From Eledone cirrhosa (Eukaryota): a DNA stretch of 64,000 nt. Below the pieces are notes generated by a model. That model was given only the letters and a program-made list of their open reading frames with translations. It was not told the origin of the DNA and made no database searches. This document shows positions 1 through 13,575 of this stretch, piece after piece. The stretch is from NCBI GenBank assembly GCA_964016885.1, contig OZ024742.1:141484001-141548000 (forward strand). Reading direction: 5' to 3'. Every line of letters begins with the position of its first letter. Within the stretch, counting starts at the first letter, position 1. A program made the translations under genes and the position numbers.

Positions 1-1640
1 GTAACAGTAATGGTGTCGACGGCCTCGGAAATCGGGGCGATCGGCACCTTACTGGAGGAGTACGAAAGGTTTACAGTGGCTAAGCTGAACCGGGACAAAT
101 CGATCGGTCTGCAACTCGGCACGTGGAGGGGCAGATCGATGCCCTGCGATGGCGTCGTCGGGCGCTGGACGGAGGGCCCGGTGAAGTTGCTCGGGGTCTG
201 GTTCGGACCAGACCTCCAGGTGGAGAAGAACTGGGGTGAGGTAACGAACAGGGTGTTTGCACTGACCCAGAAGTGGGCCGAGTGCACACTGTCCCTGAAA
301 GGTCGGGCGGAGGTGGCGAACACTTATATAGCGTCCGTCATCTACTACCGCCTGACCGCTGTGCCTTGCCCAAGGGAAATGCTCGCCAAAATGGAGCGCG
401 CACTCTTCCAATTCCTTTGGAAGAAGCGGGCTCCTATGGTGAGGAGATCCATCTGCTGTCAACACCCTTCGAAAGGAGGGCTGGGGATGCCGTGGCTAAT
501 GATACGTAAACACGCATTAAGGCTACGGCACCTTCAGGTATTCCTCTCCGGTCAACCGGTGTGGGCCTCGTTTGTGAGGCGAGCCTTTCCCCGACTCGTC
601 TCACTCACCGAGCTGCAATCCTGGGTCAAGCAAAGACCGAGAAAACTGGGCGCCTGGCACACCGAGTGTGCCCAGGCGCTCACGGCTCTCTGGCAGGCGG
701 ACCCGGCTGTCAGTGGAGAATCCACCTCGTCATTCTATAGAGGGCTGGTGGTTAGCAGGTGCGACGACGCCCTCGGAGAAGCCCTAGGCATGGAGGAAGA
801 CGAACTGGCCAACCTGTTCGGTAGGACATTCCGCCCGGGACCCATGGACAACTTCCAGAGGTCCCTGGCCTGGCAATGCTACAGAAGGGCTCTGCCCGTT
901 CCAGAAAGGCTCTACAGACACGGGCGCCCGGGTAGCGACCCCTCGAAAAAGATCTGTCCCAGATGCGTGTGCGACGAGGAAACCGTTGCACACGCATTGG
1001 TACACTGCTCGGGCATTGCCAATCTGTGGGGCTATGTCGAACAACTGCTGTCAAGGGTGGGACCGATCCGGTTGACCACCGAGTCTATTGTAACGATCAA
1101 GCCGCCTCCCCTCTTCAAAAACGAAGAAGAGGCGGTGTTTCTGTGCGTAATAGCCATGGCGAAAGAGGTTGTATGGTGGACGCGTCTGAAAGGACTGAGG
1201 TCAGACACCTTTCTCTCTGGCCAACAACTGGTCCGTTTCTTCCGATATCATTTCGGAAGAAGGATCAGGATGGAGAGAGAGGTGCTGCACCCCAGCCGTT
1301 TCTATGAAAGATGGGTGAAAGTGGCGAGAATGGCCCGTGTGAATGGGCCTTCACTCTACATCAGACTATAGGTGAGGAAGATGAAAGACCAAGGGAGCAC
1401 CCCTTCTCTGTGCTCCTGAGGAAAAGGGTTGCACACTTTTTTTCGGGGGTGTGTGCGACCCCCCAAGGCGCCTCCTCTCTATTGAGGACTTTGTTATAAA
1501 TTTCATTTTTTGTTATATTTTATTTTATTTTTATATATTGTTATTGCCTCCTCCTTATTGAGGACGCCTTGTTTTGTAAACTCCCCCCCATTGTACTTGT
1601 CCCACTTTTGATGCCCTGGTGGCAAATAAAAGAAACATAT
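1..1640 (+). mobile_element. Tx1/L1-clade non-LTR retrotransposon, copy 1 (3' part of ORF2 plus 3' UTR; 5' end lies outside the window)
   Basis: ORF 10..1371 has the RT C-terminal/thumb region (KLLGVWFG, GGLGMP) and a zinc finger (CPRC...EETVAHALVHC). The 3' UTR ends at AATAAAAGAAAC followed by a TATC/TATT-like run. Near-identical protein to copies 2 and 3. Confidence 0.93.
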
Positions 1641-1649
1641 CTATTTATT

Positions 1650-4600
1650 TACCCACATTTAAAACTAATAAAAATCCCAATGAACCTCTACCAAAAACTA
1701 AAAAAGGATTTTAAGGAGGACGTAGGACCACCCTCTGTCAAACCCATAAACCGCGTCCTACTAAAAAGCTTTCCCCCTCCCCTTCCCCTCCCCAACACAA
1801 CTCCAAACACCCCAACCCCACCACACACCGACGACCCCACACCACCACAAGACACCCCTTCACCCAACACCCCCGACCCCATGGAAGTCGTGCAACCCGA
1901 ACCCCGGGAAGCGGAAAGGTAGGTCTCTACACTCTCCTTTGGCTCTGCCGCCCACATGGATGTGTTAAGAGTAGGATGTTTGAATGCACGTGGCCTGGGC
2001 TCAACTTGGAAGCAAGCAAAGCTTCTAAATGACCTCAGGTCATGTGGTATAAATGTAATGGTTATCTGTGAGACTCGAATCAGCGTCATGCGGCAGCTGG
2101 CCCCCACCTTCGATGACTTTGAGGTGCATGCATCTCTCTGTCAACCTGGAGGTGGGGGTGGGGTTGTCGTGCTGTTGCAAAAACACCTGGGTCTTGCCGT
2201 ACAGGTTGTGCACTCGGACCCGGAGGGTCGTTTGTTGGTGCTAGACGTTGGCAGTAGTGAAAGTGCGGCCTTGAGACTGGTCGCCGTCTACTCCCCTTTC
2301 GGAGCTGAACGGCCCGACTTCTTCCAGCGTTTGGAGACTTTTCTGGGAACGTCGCGTTCCCTGCTTCTAGCGGGGGATTGGAATGACATCCTGGATGCAC
2401 GTTGGGACTATGCAGGAGCATGTCCTAATAGAGGGGGTGTAACAGCCTCAAGGGGTTACTCGACCGTTTTAACTTGGTCGATAGATATCGACTAGATTTT
2501 CCAACTGTGCCTACCTGGACTTGGAGAAACCACAGTGGTCAATCTAGATCGTACTTAGATAGATTCTTAGTTAGAAGTAAGGATAGGGACATATTAAGCT
2601 GTCCAGAAATGCGCACGGTTGGCTACACGGATCACAAATTAGTGACCTGCGTGGTCAATCTCGAGAAAACACATAGACAGGGTCCCGGTTACTGGAAACT
2701 TAATTTGTCTTTACCGGCAAAAGAGACTTACAGAAACCGGATTAGCAGATTAGTTAAGGAGAGGTTGACGGGTGCAATCGTCAACAACCGATGGTGGGCA
2801 TCTCTCAAAAGAGAGATTAGAACAGAATCAATAAGTTATAGCAAGATGTTAGCTGCCAATAGGAATAGAAACGAGAAAGAATTAACAGGTAAATTAGAAG
2901 AGGCAATCAAGAGCGAAGATGTGGCCAGAGTGCTGGCATCGAGGACGGCCTTGAACCAGTTTTTCGATGCAAAGCATGAAGGCTGCGTCATTCGAAGTAA
3001 AATACGTGCTCTAGGTAATGAGGGGGCCAAAGCCGTTGGATGGGCCCGCGTGACAGAAGCTAAAAGTGGAAATCGATCCACCATCCGGTCGTTGCAAGAC
3101 GAAGATGGACGGGTGATCCGGGAGCCTAAGCAGATGTGCGAGGCCTTTCAAAAGCACTTTGCCCGATTGTTCGGGGGAGGCGAGGGTCCGGGCCGGGGCG
3201 TGGATTTCGGTCCATACCTCGACGGCCTGCCGCGTCTCTCGAACAAAGAGGCAGAGTCCTGCGAGGGACCAATCTCGGCTGATGAGATCGGAGATGCGCT
3301 GAGCCAATGCAGCAGACGCAAATCTCCAGGTCTCGATGGTATACCTTACGAACTTTATTTAGCAATGCCGGTCTTCTTCTCCGAACTCCTCGAAGCGGTC
3401 TACTGCAATTGGCAGCAGAACGGGAGAATTCCTTGTTCTGTAGCCAAGGGCGTAGTCACGCTGGTGAGGAAGGACGAGAACAAGGGGGATAGTATAAATA
3501 ATTTTCGGCCCATAACCCTGCTAAACACAGAGTTAAAGATTTTGGCCAAGGTGTTAGCAAAGAGGTTGGCGCTTGTCGTGGGTGGCCTGGTGGGAGATGC
3601 GCAGACATGTGCTATCCCATCCAGGTCCATTCACGATAACCTCCACCTCATGCGATACATCATAGAGAGGGTTGGCAACAAACCCGGCTTCGGTGGGGCC
3701 CTGATCAACTTGGATCAGTCTAAGGCCTTCGATAGGGTCGACCATGGTTACCTGGATGCGGTGCTAGCGGCGGCTGGGTTCGGTCCTGTTTTCAGAGGCT
3801 GGATCACCGCCCTACATAGCAACCACATCTGTTCTAGGATCAAGGTGAACGGCTACCTTTCGAAGCCGTTCGAAATCACACGATCCATTCGACAGGGGTG
3901 CCCTCTCTCCTCCCTTCTGTACGTATTGACTCTCGAGCCTTTACTGAGGAAGTTGGAGTTGTTGCAGGGTATCCCCCTGGAACCAGGATTGAGCAAAGCG
4001 GTGTCGGCCTACGCCGATGACGTAACAGTAATGGTATCAACCGACTCGGAGATCGAGGCGATCGGTACCTTACTGGAGGAGTACGAAAGGTTGTCAGGAG
4101 CGAAACTGAACCGGGAAAAATCCATCGGGCTGCAACTCGGAACGTGGAGAGGCAAACCGATGCCTCCTGACGGTGTCGTCGGACACTGGACGGAGGGCCC
4201 GGTAAAGTTGCTTGGGGTCTGGTTTGGACCGGACCTCCAGGTGGAAAAGAACTGGAACGAGGTTACGAACAAGGTGTTTGCACTAACCCAGAAATGGGCC
4301 AAGTGTAAGCTGTCCCTAAAAGGCCGGGCGGAGGTGGCGAACATTTACATAGCGTCCGTCACTTACTACCGCCTGACTGTCGTGCCTTGCCCTAAGGAAA
4401 CACTCACCACCATGGAACGCATGCTCTTCCAATTTCTTTGGAAGAAGCGTCCTCCTATGGTGAGAAGATCCATCTGCTGCCAACAACCTTCGAAAGGAGG
4501 GCTGGGGATGCCGTGGTTGATGATGCGTAGGCACGCATTAAGGCTACGGCACCTACAGGTATTCCTCACTGGTCAACCGGTGTGGGCTCCGTTCGTGAAA

Positions 4601-5610
4601 CGAGCCTTTCCGAGACTCGTCTCACTCACCGAGCTACAGTCCTGGGTCAAGCAAAGATCCGGAAAACTGGGAGACTGGCACACTGAGTGTGCTCAGGCGC
4701 TCAGGGCTCTCTGGCAAGCGGGCCGGGCTATCGGTGGAGAATCCACCTCATCATTCTATAGAGGGCTGGTGGCTAGCAGGGGCGATGACACCCTTGGAGA
4801 GTCGCTGGACATGGAAGAAGACGAACTGGCCAGCCTGTTCGGTAGGACTTTCGGCCCAGGACCAATGGACAACTTCCAGAAGTCACTGGCTTGGCAGTGC
4901 TACCGAGGGGCTCTACCCGTTTGAGAGAGGCTCTACAGACACGGGCGCCCGGGCAGGGATCCCTCAAAAAAGATTTGCCCTAGATGCGTGCGTCACGAAG
5001 AAACCGTAGCGCATGCATTGGTGCAATGTCCTGGCGTGGCTGATCTGTGGGGCTACGCCGAACAACTGCTGTCGCGGGTGGCGCCGATTAAATTGACCGC
5101 CGAGTCCGTGATGACAATCAAACCGCCTCCCCTCTTCACAAAGGAAGCAAAGGCGGTTTTTTCTGTGCGTAATAGCCATGTTGAAAGAGGTTGTTTGGTG
5201 GACACGATTGAAAGGTCTGAGGTCAGGCAACTTCCTCTCTGGCCATAGTCTGGTCTACTTCTTCCGATATCACTTCGGAAGAAGGATAAGAATGGAGAGA
5301 GAGGTGCTTGGCCACAGGCAGTTTTATGAAAGGTGGGTGATAGTGGCGAGAATGGCTCGTGTAAATGGGCCTTCTCTGTATACCATCATGTAGGTAAAGA
5401 AGTAAAGGAGAGGGGAGCACCTTCTCCATGTGCTCCCCGGGCAAAGGATTGCACACTTTTTCGGGGGTGTGTGCAACCCCCATCACGTCCCCTCCCTTTT
5501 GAGGTTATTTTCGATTATTTTCATGTTACACCCTTTTTACTCGATTATATGTAAACTCCCCCTTTGTATTTGTCCCTTCTTTTTATGCCTTTATGGTAAA
5601 TAAAGAAATC
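1650..5610 (+). mobile_element. Tx1/L1-clade LINE, copy 2: ORF1 C-terminus, APE endonuclease, RT and zinc finger; disrupted
   Basis: Pro/Thr-rich ORF1 tail ending at 1922. APE motifs LNARGL, ICETR, GDWN, YLDR and TDHK from 1956 with a frameshift near 2440-2475. RT motifs PGLDG, FRPITLLN, DQSKAFD, QGCPLS and YADD in 2474..4924. Stop at 4922 and frameshift near 5160. Ends AATAAAGAAA+(TCTA)n. Confidence 0.95.
1956..5393 (+). pseudogene. Tx1-type ORF2 (APE-RT-zinc finger) with two frameshifts and a premature stop
   Basis: ORFs 1956..2495, 2474..4924, 4988..5248 and 5178..5393 tile a single ORF2. Confidence 0.9.
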
Positions 5611-6948
5611 TATCTATCTATTTATCAATCTGTCTGTTTGTCTGCCTGCTTGTCTATCTGTCTGTCTCTGTTTGCCTGTCTATCTTTCTACCATTTTTCC
5701 TGTCTACCAGTCTGTCTCTGTGTCTATTTATGAGTGTATGTCTATATACAAGTGTGTTTGTATAGATCTTTCACGTATGTATATCGTCGAAGTATATAAC
5801 TAGTTCAGCCTCGAGTATCTCATTAAAATTTCGATGTTTTTTTTTCAAAATGGTACTATTATTTATTTAATCTTTAAAATAACTCAATAAGTTTATATCT
5901 CATCTTTCTATCGATAATAAAGCGCTCACTTTTTACATGTCTTAGATCTTATGATTTGGAGTGTATTATGTTTGTTTAGATAATTCTAAAATGGGAACCT
6001 CCTCAAACTTTGGTCCTTCAAATTGGCACTATCCTATTAAAAGGTCAGAGATTACAATTTTAACGAATCATCAGTTTATTGACTTGAAAAATGTGAAGAT
6101 ATGGTAGTTGTTACTGTCAGGCCTTTGGCAAAGGAATAAATGGCGTAAATCGAAATAGTTGCAACCAGAAAAAATGTTTTTAGGTACATAAGATTATTCT
6201 ATCTAGATATTTTTCTTTGAAGATTAGAATCGACACAATCTCAATGCTTTTCGATAGAATCTTTATCTCTTTAACTCAATTTCTTACAAGTTTTCTATAC
6301 TAAAATCTTGCCACTGCTTGCATTACCACATAAAAATCTAAGTTGTATTGTTCAACTTCTTTTATCATATAATGAATACATTGAACCACCAAAATGTCAT
6401 ATCGATCAGAGCATTAATACCTACCTAAGTTAATCTTGTATTTCTATTAGATGAGTCTGCTCTAGAAATAAGAAGTATTAAGATAGGAAATTTCCATAAA
6501 GTTTCAAAGCTACTTTCCTCGACGGCTCTGTGATTGTGAAACGAAATACCCATAAGTAGCGCTTTATTATATGATGTTCCAAAATAACATTTTCCTGCTT
6601 CAATATCCATACGGTGCTTTAATGAATTTCAGATTTTATTTTGAGTTAGTGTTCTACAGACTACATCCTTACGTAATAGTTCTTACCTATAATTAGACAA
6701 AAATGTGAGACATCGGTGTTTCTTTCATTAACGAGATCTTATCGAAAACTGAACAGGTAAAATGTTTATGTCTATGAAAGCACATTTCAGACATTAACTC
6801 GATCGTATTATATATTTGCGACATTTACCTGCTTTGAGTTTCCCGTGATATATATATTACTTTATAGTGTAGCTTATTCAACTCTGTTAATCCGATTTTC
6901 TTATTAATCCCTGGTCACGTAGTCAGGTTTAATAGCTTTGTTTCCAAG

Positions 6949-6992
<44 letters not shown>

Positions 6993-7357
6993 TCTCACAA
7001 TCAAACACGAACATATGGATATATGTGAGTATGTTCTCACATACAAACACACACATATATAAATTTCCACATACACACACGTTTTATTATATGAGTATTG
7101 ATATATATCAGTTTAGCGATTTGGTACTTAAATCGAAGGACATTTTGACAGAACACATGGTGAGATTGATTGTTTTCAACGGGAACTATAAAAGATAGCA
7201 CCGGAGAAAGGAACAAAGAAGAGAAAATAATTTTCCAAGCACTGAGGTATCTTGCTTTGTTTCTTACATTCATTTATTTCTAACATAAAAACAAAGTTTC
7301 CTTTGAAGTTAAAGGTAAAGAAACTTCAGTTAGTATCTTGTCAAAGAAATATCGACA

Positions 7358-7465
<108 letters not shown>

Positions 7466-8742
7466 TTCTATGTATGTATGTATTCGTTTTTTTTTCCAAT
7501 TGAAGATAATTAATTTTCTATATAGAATGACAGTGCAAAGGAAAAAACCACATCCACAGTTGTTTCTTCATATCAATATAGCGAATAACTTCCCCCCACT
7601 CCCGAACAAGGAGATATACGATCAAAACTAGCTTTACTGGCTAACTCTTTCGTTACAATTTAACAACATTTTTGCACGAAATTATGTTGGAGCGATTTTA
7701 GATATTTAAAATACTTTAAATCACATTGATTTGTATTACAGAAGCAGTGGCAGTTTTATGCGATTTGGTACTTAAAGGATTAAATTTGTGCAGTGGGAAA
7801 ATTATATCACACATGTACATATGTTTATGAAAATGTATTTTCTATATATATAGACAGTTGTACTTTAATATCAACGCAGCGACGGAAGCGCGCAAACAAG
7901 GTGATAACAGATCGAACTAGCTTTATTGTCTTTAGATTTGCTGTGGAGAGAAACCTATGGCGCACAGTTCATTTTGTTTCAGCCATATATTTTCTATTTT
8001 GATTTTAATCCTTTTGGCATGAAAGACACGGCCAATTTGTTTGAAAACAATGCATTTGGAGGAATTTAGTAACACAGCAACCTTTCTGCTATTCAACTGA
8101 AGTTTGGAACAGTACTTAACTAAACGTTCTCACATAAATTTATGATAGAAGGGTTTAATATAAATATAATCCCATTAAAACAAATAATTCATATAATAAA
8201 ATTAGGGGCAATTTCATGAGAGTTCGTATCAAAATGATTAAACTTCTCTAATATTGTTAGTCAAAAGGAATTTTACTTTTGAAGTTGGCTTACATCTTTT
8301 TGTCTATTTTTTTCCGTTGAAATTAATTATCGAATGAGATTTCCCAAGTTTCGAGTAGTTGGAATTAATACACTATTTCTTAGGGAAAGAAGGATCACAC
8401 TACTTTTAAAGACCAGATATGACTTCAATTACAAACGAACCTATTCTTTGAATAAAACTAATAAAATAGAAAATTATGATGAAATTTTAAAGGCGCTACT
8501 TAATTCAATAAACTAACGGATTGAGAGTTTAGTTTTTCGTCATAGAAAAGTGATTTATTCCATTGTATGTTATCTTTCCGAATGTGTGTAATGAAATAAC
8601 AGCATACGGAAGATAAAGTAGTAGCAATTCTGTACAGAATACAGAAACACTAAAGAAGATTTTTCATCAAACGGTTCCGATGATTCCTATAAGCTAATAA
8701 GTTATAGTTCATTATTTAAAATATATTTTAATACTAAATCAT

Positions 8743-8743
8743 C

Positions 8744-8804
<61 letters not shown>

Positions 8805-8884
8805 CTAGTCCTGTAGAAGCTTTTCTATATTAAAACATTTATATATATAAATGTTTTAATATAGAAAAGCTTCTACAGGACTAG

Positions 8885-8930
<46 letters not shown>
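8743..8930. repeat. Perfect 86 bp palindrome (8802..8887) extended by (TG)n and (CA)n arms
   Basis: GTTCTAGTCCTGTAGAAGC...ATAT|ATAT...GCTTCTACAGGACTAGAAC is an exact reverse complement with no spacer. Confidence 0.95.
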
Positions 8931-8964
8931 CTATTTATTCTTTATCATTAACATTAATTAAAAA

Positions 8965-9152
8965 ATAATTGTTTCTACTTTTTGGCACAAGGCCACCAAT
9001 TATCCTAGTACATTACTGGTACTTTATTTTATCGACCCCGTTAGGATGAAAGGCAAAGTTAACCTCGGCGGGAATTGAACTCAGCTCGTAAAGGGACGTA
9101 ACTATGCTGGAAACATAATCCGACCTTCTACCGATACTGCCAATTCACCGCC
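8965..9152 (-). mobile_element. tRNA-derived SINE, family A
   Basis: Reverse complement has the B-box-like GAGTTCAATTCC, the core CTTTGCCTTTCATCC...GGGGTCGATAAAATAAAGTACCAG and the tail GGCCTTGTGCC...AGAAACAATTATT. Confidence 0.88.
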
Positions 9153-9336
9153 ACAATAGTGCAAATGTCACAAGTAACTACTCTTTAAGACACCCCAATG
9201 GGAGATTACTCGTACTTGACACTGAATTATAGAGAGAGAACAGAACCATTAACAGAACATCCAAAACGTACTCCACTCACGTTACAGAACATTTTAGAAA
9301 ATTCGGTTAAAAAATGTTCAATAATTATACATGATT

Positions 9337-9527
9337 ATTGGATTGGCAGTATCGGTAGAGGGTCGGACGCCATGCTTTCCAGCATAGTTACGTCCCTTTA
9401 CGATCTGAGTTCAAATCCCGCCGAGGTTGACTTTGCCTTTCATCCTTACGGGGTCGATAAAATAAAGTACCAGTAATGCACTGGGATAATTGCTGGCCTT
9501 GTGCCTAAAGTAGAAACAATTATTAAT
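9337..9527 (+). mobile_element. tRNA-derived SINE, family A
   Basis: GAGTTCAAATCC B-box, shared core and (ATT) tail. Confidence 0.9.
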
Positions 9528-9532
9528 TAAAA

Positions 9533-9720
9533 AATAATAATTGTTTCTACTTTAGGCACAAGGCCAGCAAATACCCAGTGTATTATTGGTACTTTATTTT
9601 ATCGACCCCGTAAGGATGAAAGGCAAAGTCAACCTCGGCGGGATTTGAACTCAGATCGTAAAGGGACGTAACTATGCTGGAAAGCATGGCGTCCGACCCT
9701 CTACCGATACTGCCAATCCA
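9533..9720 (-). mobile_element. tRNA-derived SINE, family A (inverted, near-identical to the preceding copy)
   Basis: Reverse complement of 9337..9527. Confidence 0.9.
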
Positions 9721-10169
9721 ATAATTATGTATGATTATTGAACATTTTTTAACCGAATTTTCTAAAATTTCATATAGCTTAGAGCCTCAGCAGGTGAAAG
9801 TCCAACCCTGAGTAGCAGATATATTTTGGATGTTCAGTTTGGTATTGTCCCTCAAAACAGAGACCTTTTTGATTACTGGAGGATTCGCCAGAAATGTTCT
9901 GTAACGTGAGTGGAGTATGTTTTGGATGTTCTGTTAATGGTTCTGTTCTCTCTTTATAATTTAGTGTCAAGTACGGGTAATCTCCCATTGGGGTGTCTTA
10001 AAGAGTAGTTACTTGTGACATTTTCACTATTGTGGCGGGAATTTGCTATGTGCGGTAGTGTACACACAGTATTTTGTTCATCCATCAAATTGTTAGTGTG
10101 AAAGAATCCTTTTAGTGACGAGGTTAATGTTATCAATATACCGACAGTATTGTGCCGTATTAATATTAG

Positions 10170-10358
10170 AGGATTGGCAGTATCGGTAGAGGGTCGGGCG
10201 CCATGCTTTGAAGCATAGAGTTACCTCCCTTTATGATCTGAGTTCAAATCTCGCCGAGGTTAACTTTGCCTTTCATCCTTACTGGGTCGATAAAATAAAG
10301 TACCAGTAATGCACTGGGATAATTGCAGGCCTTGTGCCAAAAGTAGAAACAATTAATA
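10170..10358 (+). mobile_element. tRNA-derived SINE, family A
   Basis: Same head, core and tail. Confidence 0.9.
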
Positions 10359-11914
10359 TTAGAAGTCGCTAACGTTTGTCTTTTTTTAATTATTATTTCC
10401 CTATAACCTAAGCCTTTTGTTATCGCACGCGATTTTAAAATAATTTAAAAACTAATCAACAACTTGGAGGAATTTTCTAATATAACTTTCTCAATCATAA
10501 GCCCGTCTTTAGAGCATAACTTAACAAAGGTTCCTACATAAAATTATGATGAAAGGTTTCAAATAAATATAAACTTTGAAATAAATAGCTTAATATCTAA
10601 GAACCAAAGGCGGATTCGGACGGTTTCTTATCCGAAGGGTTAAAAAGGTTGGTAAGACCTCTTGCAATTTTAACTCCAATCTGTTAATAAAGTGTACTGT
10701 TGAGTTTGGTTGTAAGCGTATTTTTTTTAATGTGGCGTTAAGGTTGGCGTCGATTGCATGCCCAGTCGTGGTTCTCATGTTATTAGTAACTAAATGAAAC
10801 TAGGTAGGTTTAGTTCAGTTTGGTCAACGTTCACATTTTCAACAGTAGAGCTAATAGTGGAGAGTTATATAGAGATTTGATCAAAAAGGACAGGAATTCC
10901 CTTGGCCATGTCAGGACAAGTATTTCTTACTAAAAGTCAGAGTTAGGAATATGCTTTCTTCACCAAAAGCGACATTATGTAATGCCAATTAACTCTTGTA
11001 AATAAGTTCTACATATTCCTCAACAGCTAAATCTACAGCAATAGATAGATTGAAATTACGTCCACAGTACCAATAATGCAGTTATTGAAAACATATTCAT
11101 GGTTTTACTCATCAATCCAACTGAGGCAATTCTCCGTGCTGTGAAATCTATTGTGACGTCTGCCAGTAACCGTACGCGAGAAAATAAGATAGATAATTGT
11201 TGTTAGAAGCACAGACATGACAAGTGTGGACGCTATGATCCTTTCTAAAGCCGTACGAGATGTTGATGGAGAGATGGATTTCATTAACACTTGCTTGGAA
11301 GTTGTTCACTGTCCATTTCTTTGATTGTAAGGTGTTGAATTACATTCCCTTATAGTATTTAGGACTTTTGCATTTTTTCATAACAGAGTGAAGTCATACC
11401 CTTAACGTGTGGTTGCATGCTATTAACGTAATTCTGTCTACAGATCTCCTACCAAACTCATTATCAGTAAGGAAGTATACGATTCCTTTATCTTAATCCA
11501 TTTTATTAGTTAAATCAACTTCCCTTTTAATACTGATGTATTCGGTTAATGTATTTCGAAATTACGTTATTTTATTTAGATATAGCTAATATGAATTTCG
11601 CTTTCATGTCAGCTTCAGCATAAGATGGCATTCTAAACCTTTTGTTGAGAGGCAACTTGATTGGATCAAATTCTTTTCAAGTCAAAAGACATCACAAACA
11701 ACGTCTGTTTGTCATAAAATCCAAGAAGAGTGGTGGGTTGACATCAAATATAATCTTTATAGTATTATTATTTGTTTTATAATCATAATGTAGTTTCCAT
11801 CTCAGTAAAACATTTTTTGATATCTGATAAAATCGACATGCCACTAACCTTAATATATTATAACGAGTTTTAGGGGATGTTCAGAAACTTAATTTCGTTT
11901 GTGACTACACACAA

Positions 11915-12256
<342 letters not shown>

Positions 12257-12457
12257 CAATTGAGTAGATTTAGGATCAAAGACGTCCGAAGCAAAACCAT
12301 CCCGTCTTGTTTTATATTAGGGAGAAAATTGTCTAACGCGACCTTCTTTAATTCAGATGGTAAGCTTTGAATTGTGGGAGATTTAACTGCTGTTTCTAGT
12401 AAATCGATACACCCGAAAGGCAGATATATAGCGAGGGAGAGATAGAGAGTGAGTGAT

Positions 12458-12624
12458 CGGCACGTGGCTGAGTGGTTAGAGAATAAGATTCGCAATCGTG
12501 AGGTTGTGTGTTCGATTCCCGGCAAAGCGTTGTGTCCTTCAGCAAGACACTTTGCTGTGAACAAATCACGTTGCTCCTTCTACCTGGAGTTGCGAGCGAT
12601 TTGATGAACCTCGATTGACTGTCG

Positions 12625-12625
<1 letters not shown>
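12458..12625 (+). mobile_element. tRNA-derived SINE, family B
   Basis: A-box TGGCTGAGTGG, B-box GTTCGATTCC, central GTGTCCTTCAGCAAGACACTT motif; ends GACTGTCGA followed by a microsatellite. Confidence 0.85.
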
Positions 12626-12654
<29 letters not shown>

Positions 12655-12659
<5 letters not shown>

Positions 12660-13248
12660 AATGGAAAAGAATGAAAGGAAATTTCATTTCTCACTCTTAG
12701 TACGGCTGATACTTAAATATAATTATGTATACGTACATACATATATGTATACAGATGTACAGTAGTATGTATATATATACATACATGCACACATATATAT
12801 GTACGTATGGCTTTACCGAACATTTGTAAACAAACAGCCCGAATTACGCCGTACAGTGTTCAGCAACCATCGTTGCCCTTTTGTTCAACACTGACAAAGG
12901 AACGATGAACTAGTTTCAAGCTTATTAGCTATCGTCAGCATCGTATACCTTCCTGTCAGATGATTGAACGTTTGAAAGTATATACTTTCCTTATGCATAT
13001 TAACGGCTGAGCAGCCTAATTTTCATATCGAGTGAGTTAGTCGGCCGGGCGTACCGAAAACGATAAATGGAAAAGAATGAAACGAAATTTCGTTTCGTTC
13101 CTTTGTCAGTGTTGAACAAAAGGGCAACGATGGTTGCCGAATACTGTACGGCGTAATTCGGGCTGTTTGTTTACGTACATATATATATGTGCATGTATCT
13201 ATATATATACATACTACTGTACGTCTGTATACATATATGTATGTACGT

Positions 13249-13260
<12 letters not shown>
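12655..13260 (-). mobile_element. Non-coding HHR-bearing retrozyme/pLTR-like element (about 406 nt period, terminally redundant) with an inverted arm at 13095..13255
   Basis: TAAATGGAAAAGAATGAAA.GAAATTTC.TTTC repeated at about 12658 and 13064. 13095..13255 is the reverse complement of about 12726..12904. Homologous to 35711..36216. Confidence 0.8.
12902..12944 (-). ncRNA. Minimal type I hammerhead ribozyme
   Basis: Minus strand: ACGATG-CTGACGA-T AGCT AATA AGCT T-GAAA-CTAG-TT-CATCGT. Helix I ACGATG/CATCGT, helix II AGCT/AGCT, palindromic helix III ACTAGT, GUU cleavage triplet. Confidence 0.82.
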
Positions 13261-13289
<29 letters not shown>

Positions 13290-13291
<2 letters not shown>

Positions 13292-13538
13292 CTTGACCGA
13301 CCTGTCTGTCGGGCGTCGATTCGGTCACAGCACGTCATGCTGTTTTAGCCATAAGATAACGCCATCCGACTGGGCGGGCAGGCCGGTACCTCTTCATCTC
13401 ATTTCTACAGGTGAGTAAACTGGAGCAACGTGAAATAAAGTGTCTTGCTCAAGGAAACAACACATCACCCGGTACAAGAATTGAACTCACAACCTTTCGA
13501 TTGCAAGCCCAATGCTCTAACCACTAAGCCATGCGCCT
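13290..13538 (-). mobile_element. tRNA-derived SINE, family B
   Basis: Reverse complement GGCGCATGGCTTAGTGGTTAGAGC...GAGTTCAATTC...CCTTGAGCAAGACACTT. Confidence 0.85.
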
Positions 13539-13575
13539 TATATATATATATATATAAATGTATATATATATATAA

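Noticed and set aside
10590-11290. Two short minus-strand ORFs, one with a hydrophobic TM-like stretch (IIASTLVMSVLLTTIIYLIF)
   Set aside because: About 60 aa each, with an in-frame stop just upstream of the TM-like one, weak splice acceptors and no recognisable homology.
12458-12545. tRNA gene
   Set aside because: A and B boxes are present, but there is no complete cloverleaf and the sequence continues into a repeated SINE body.
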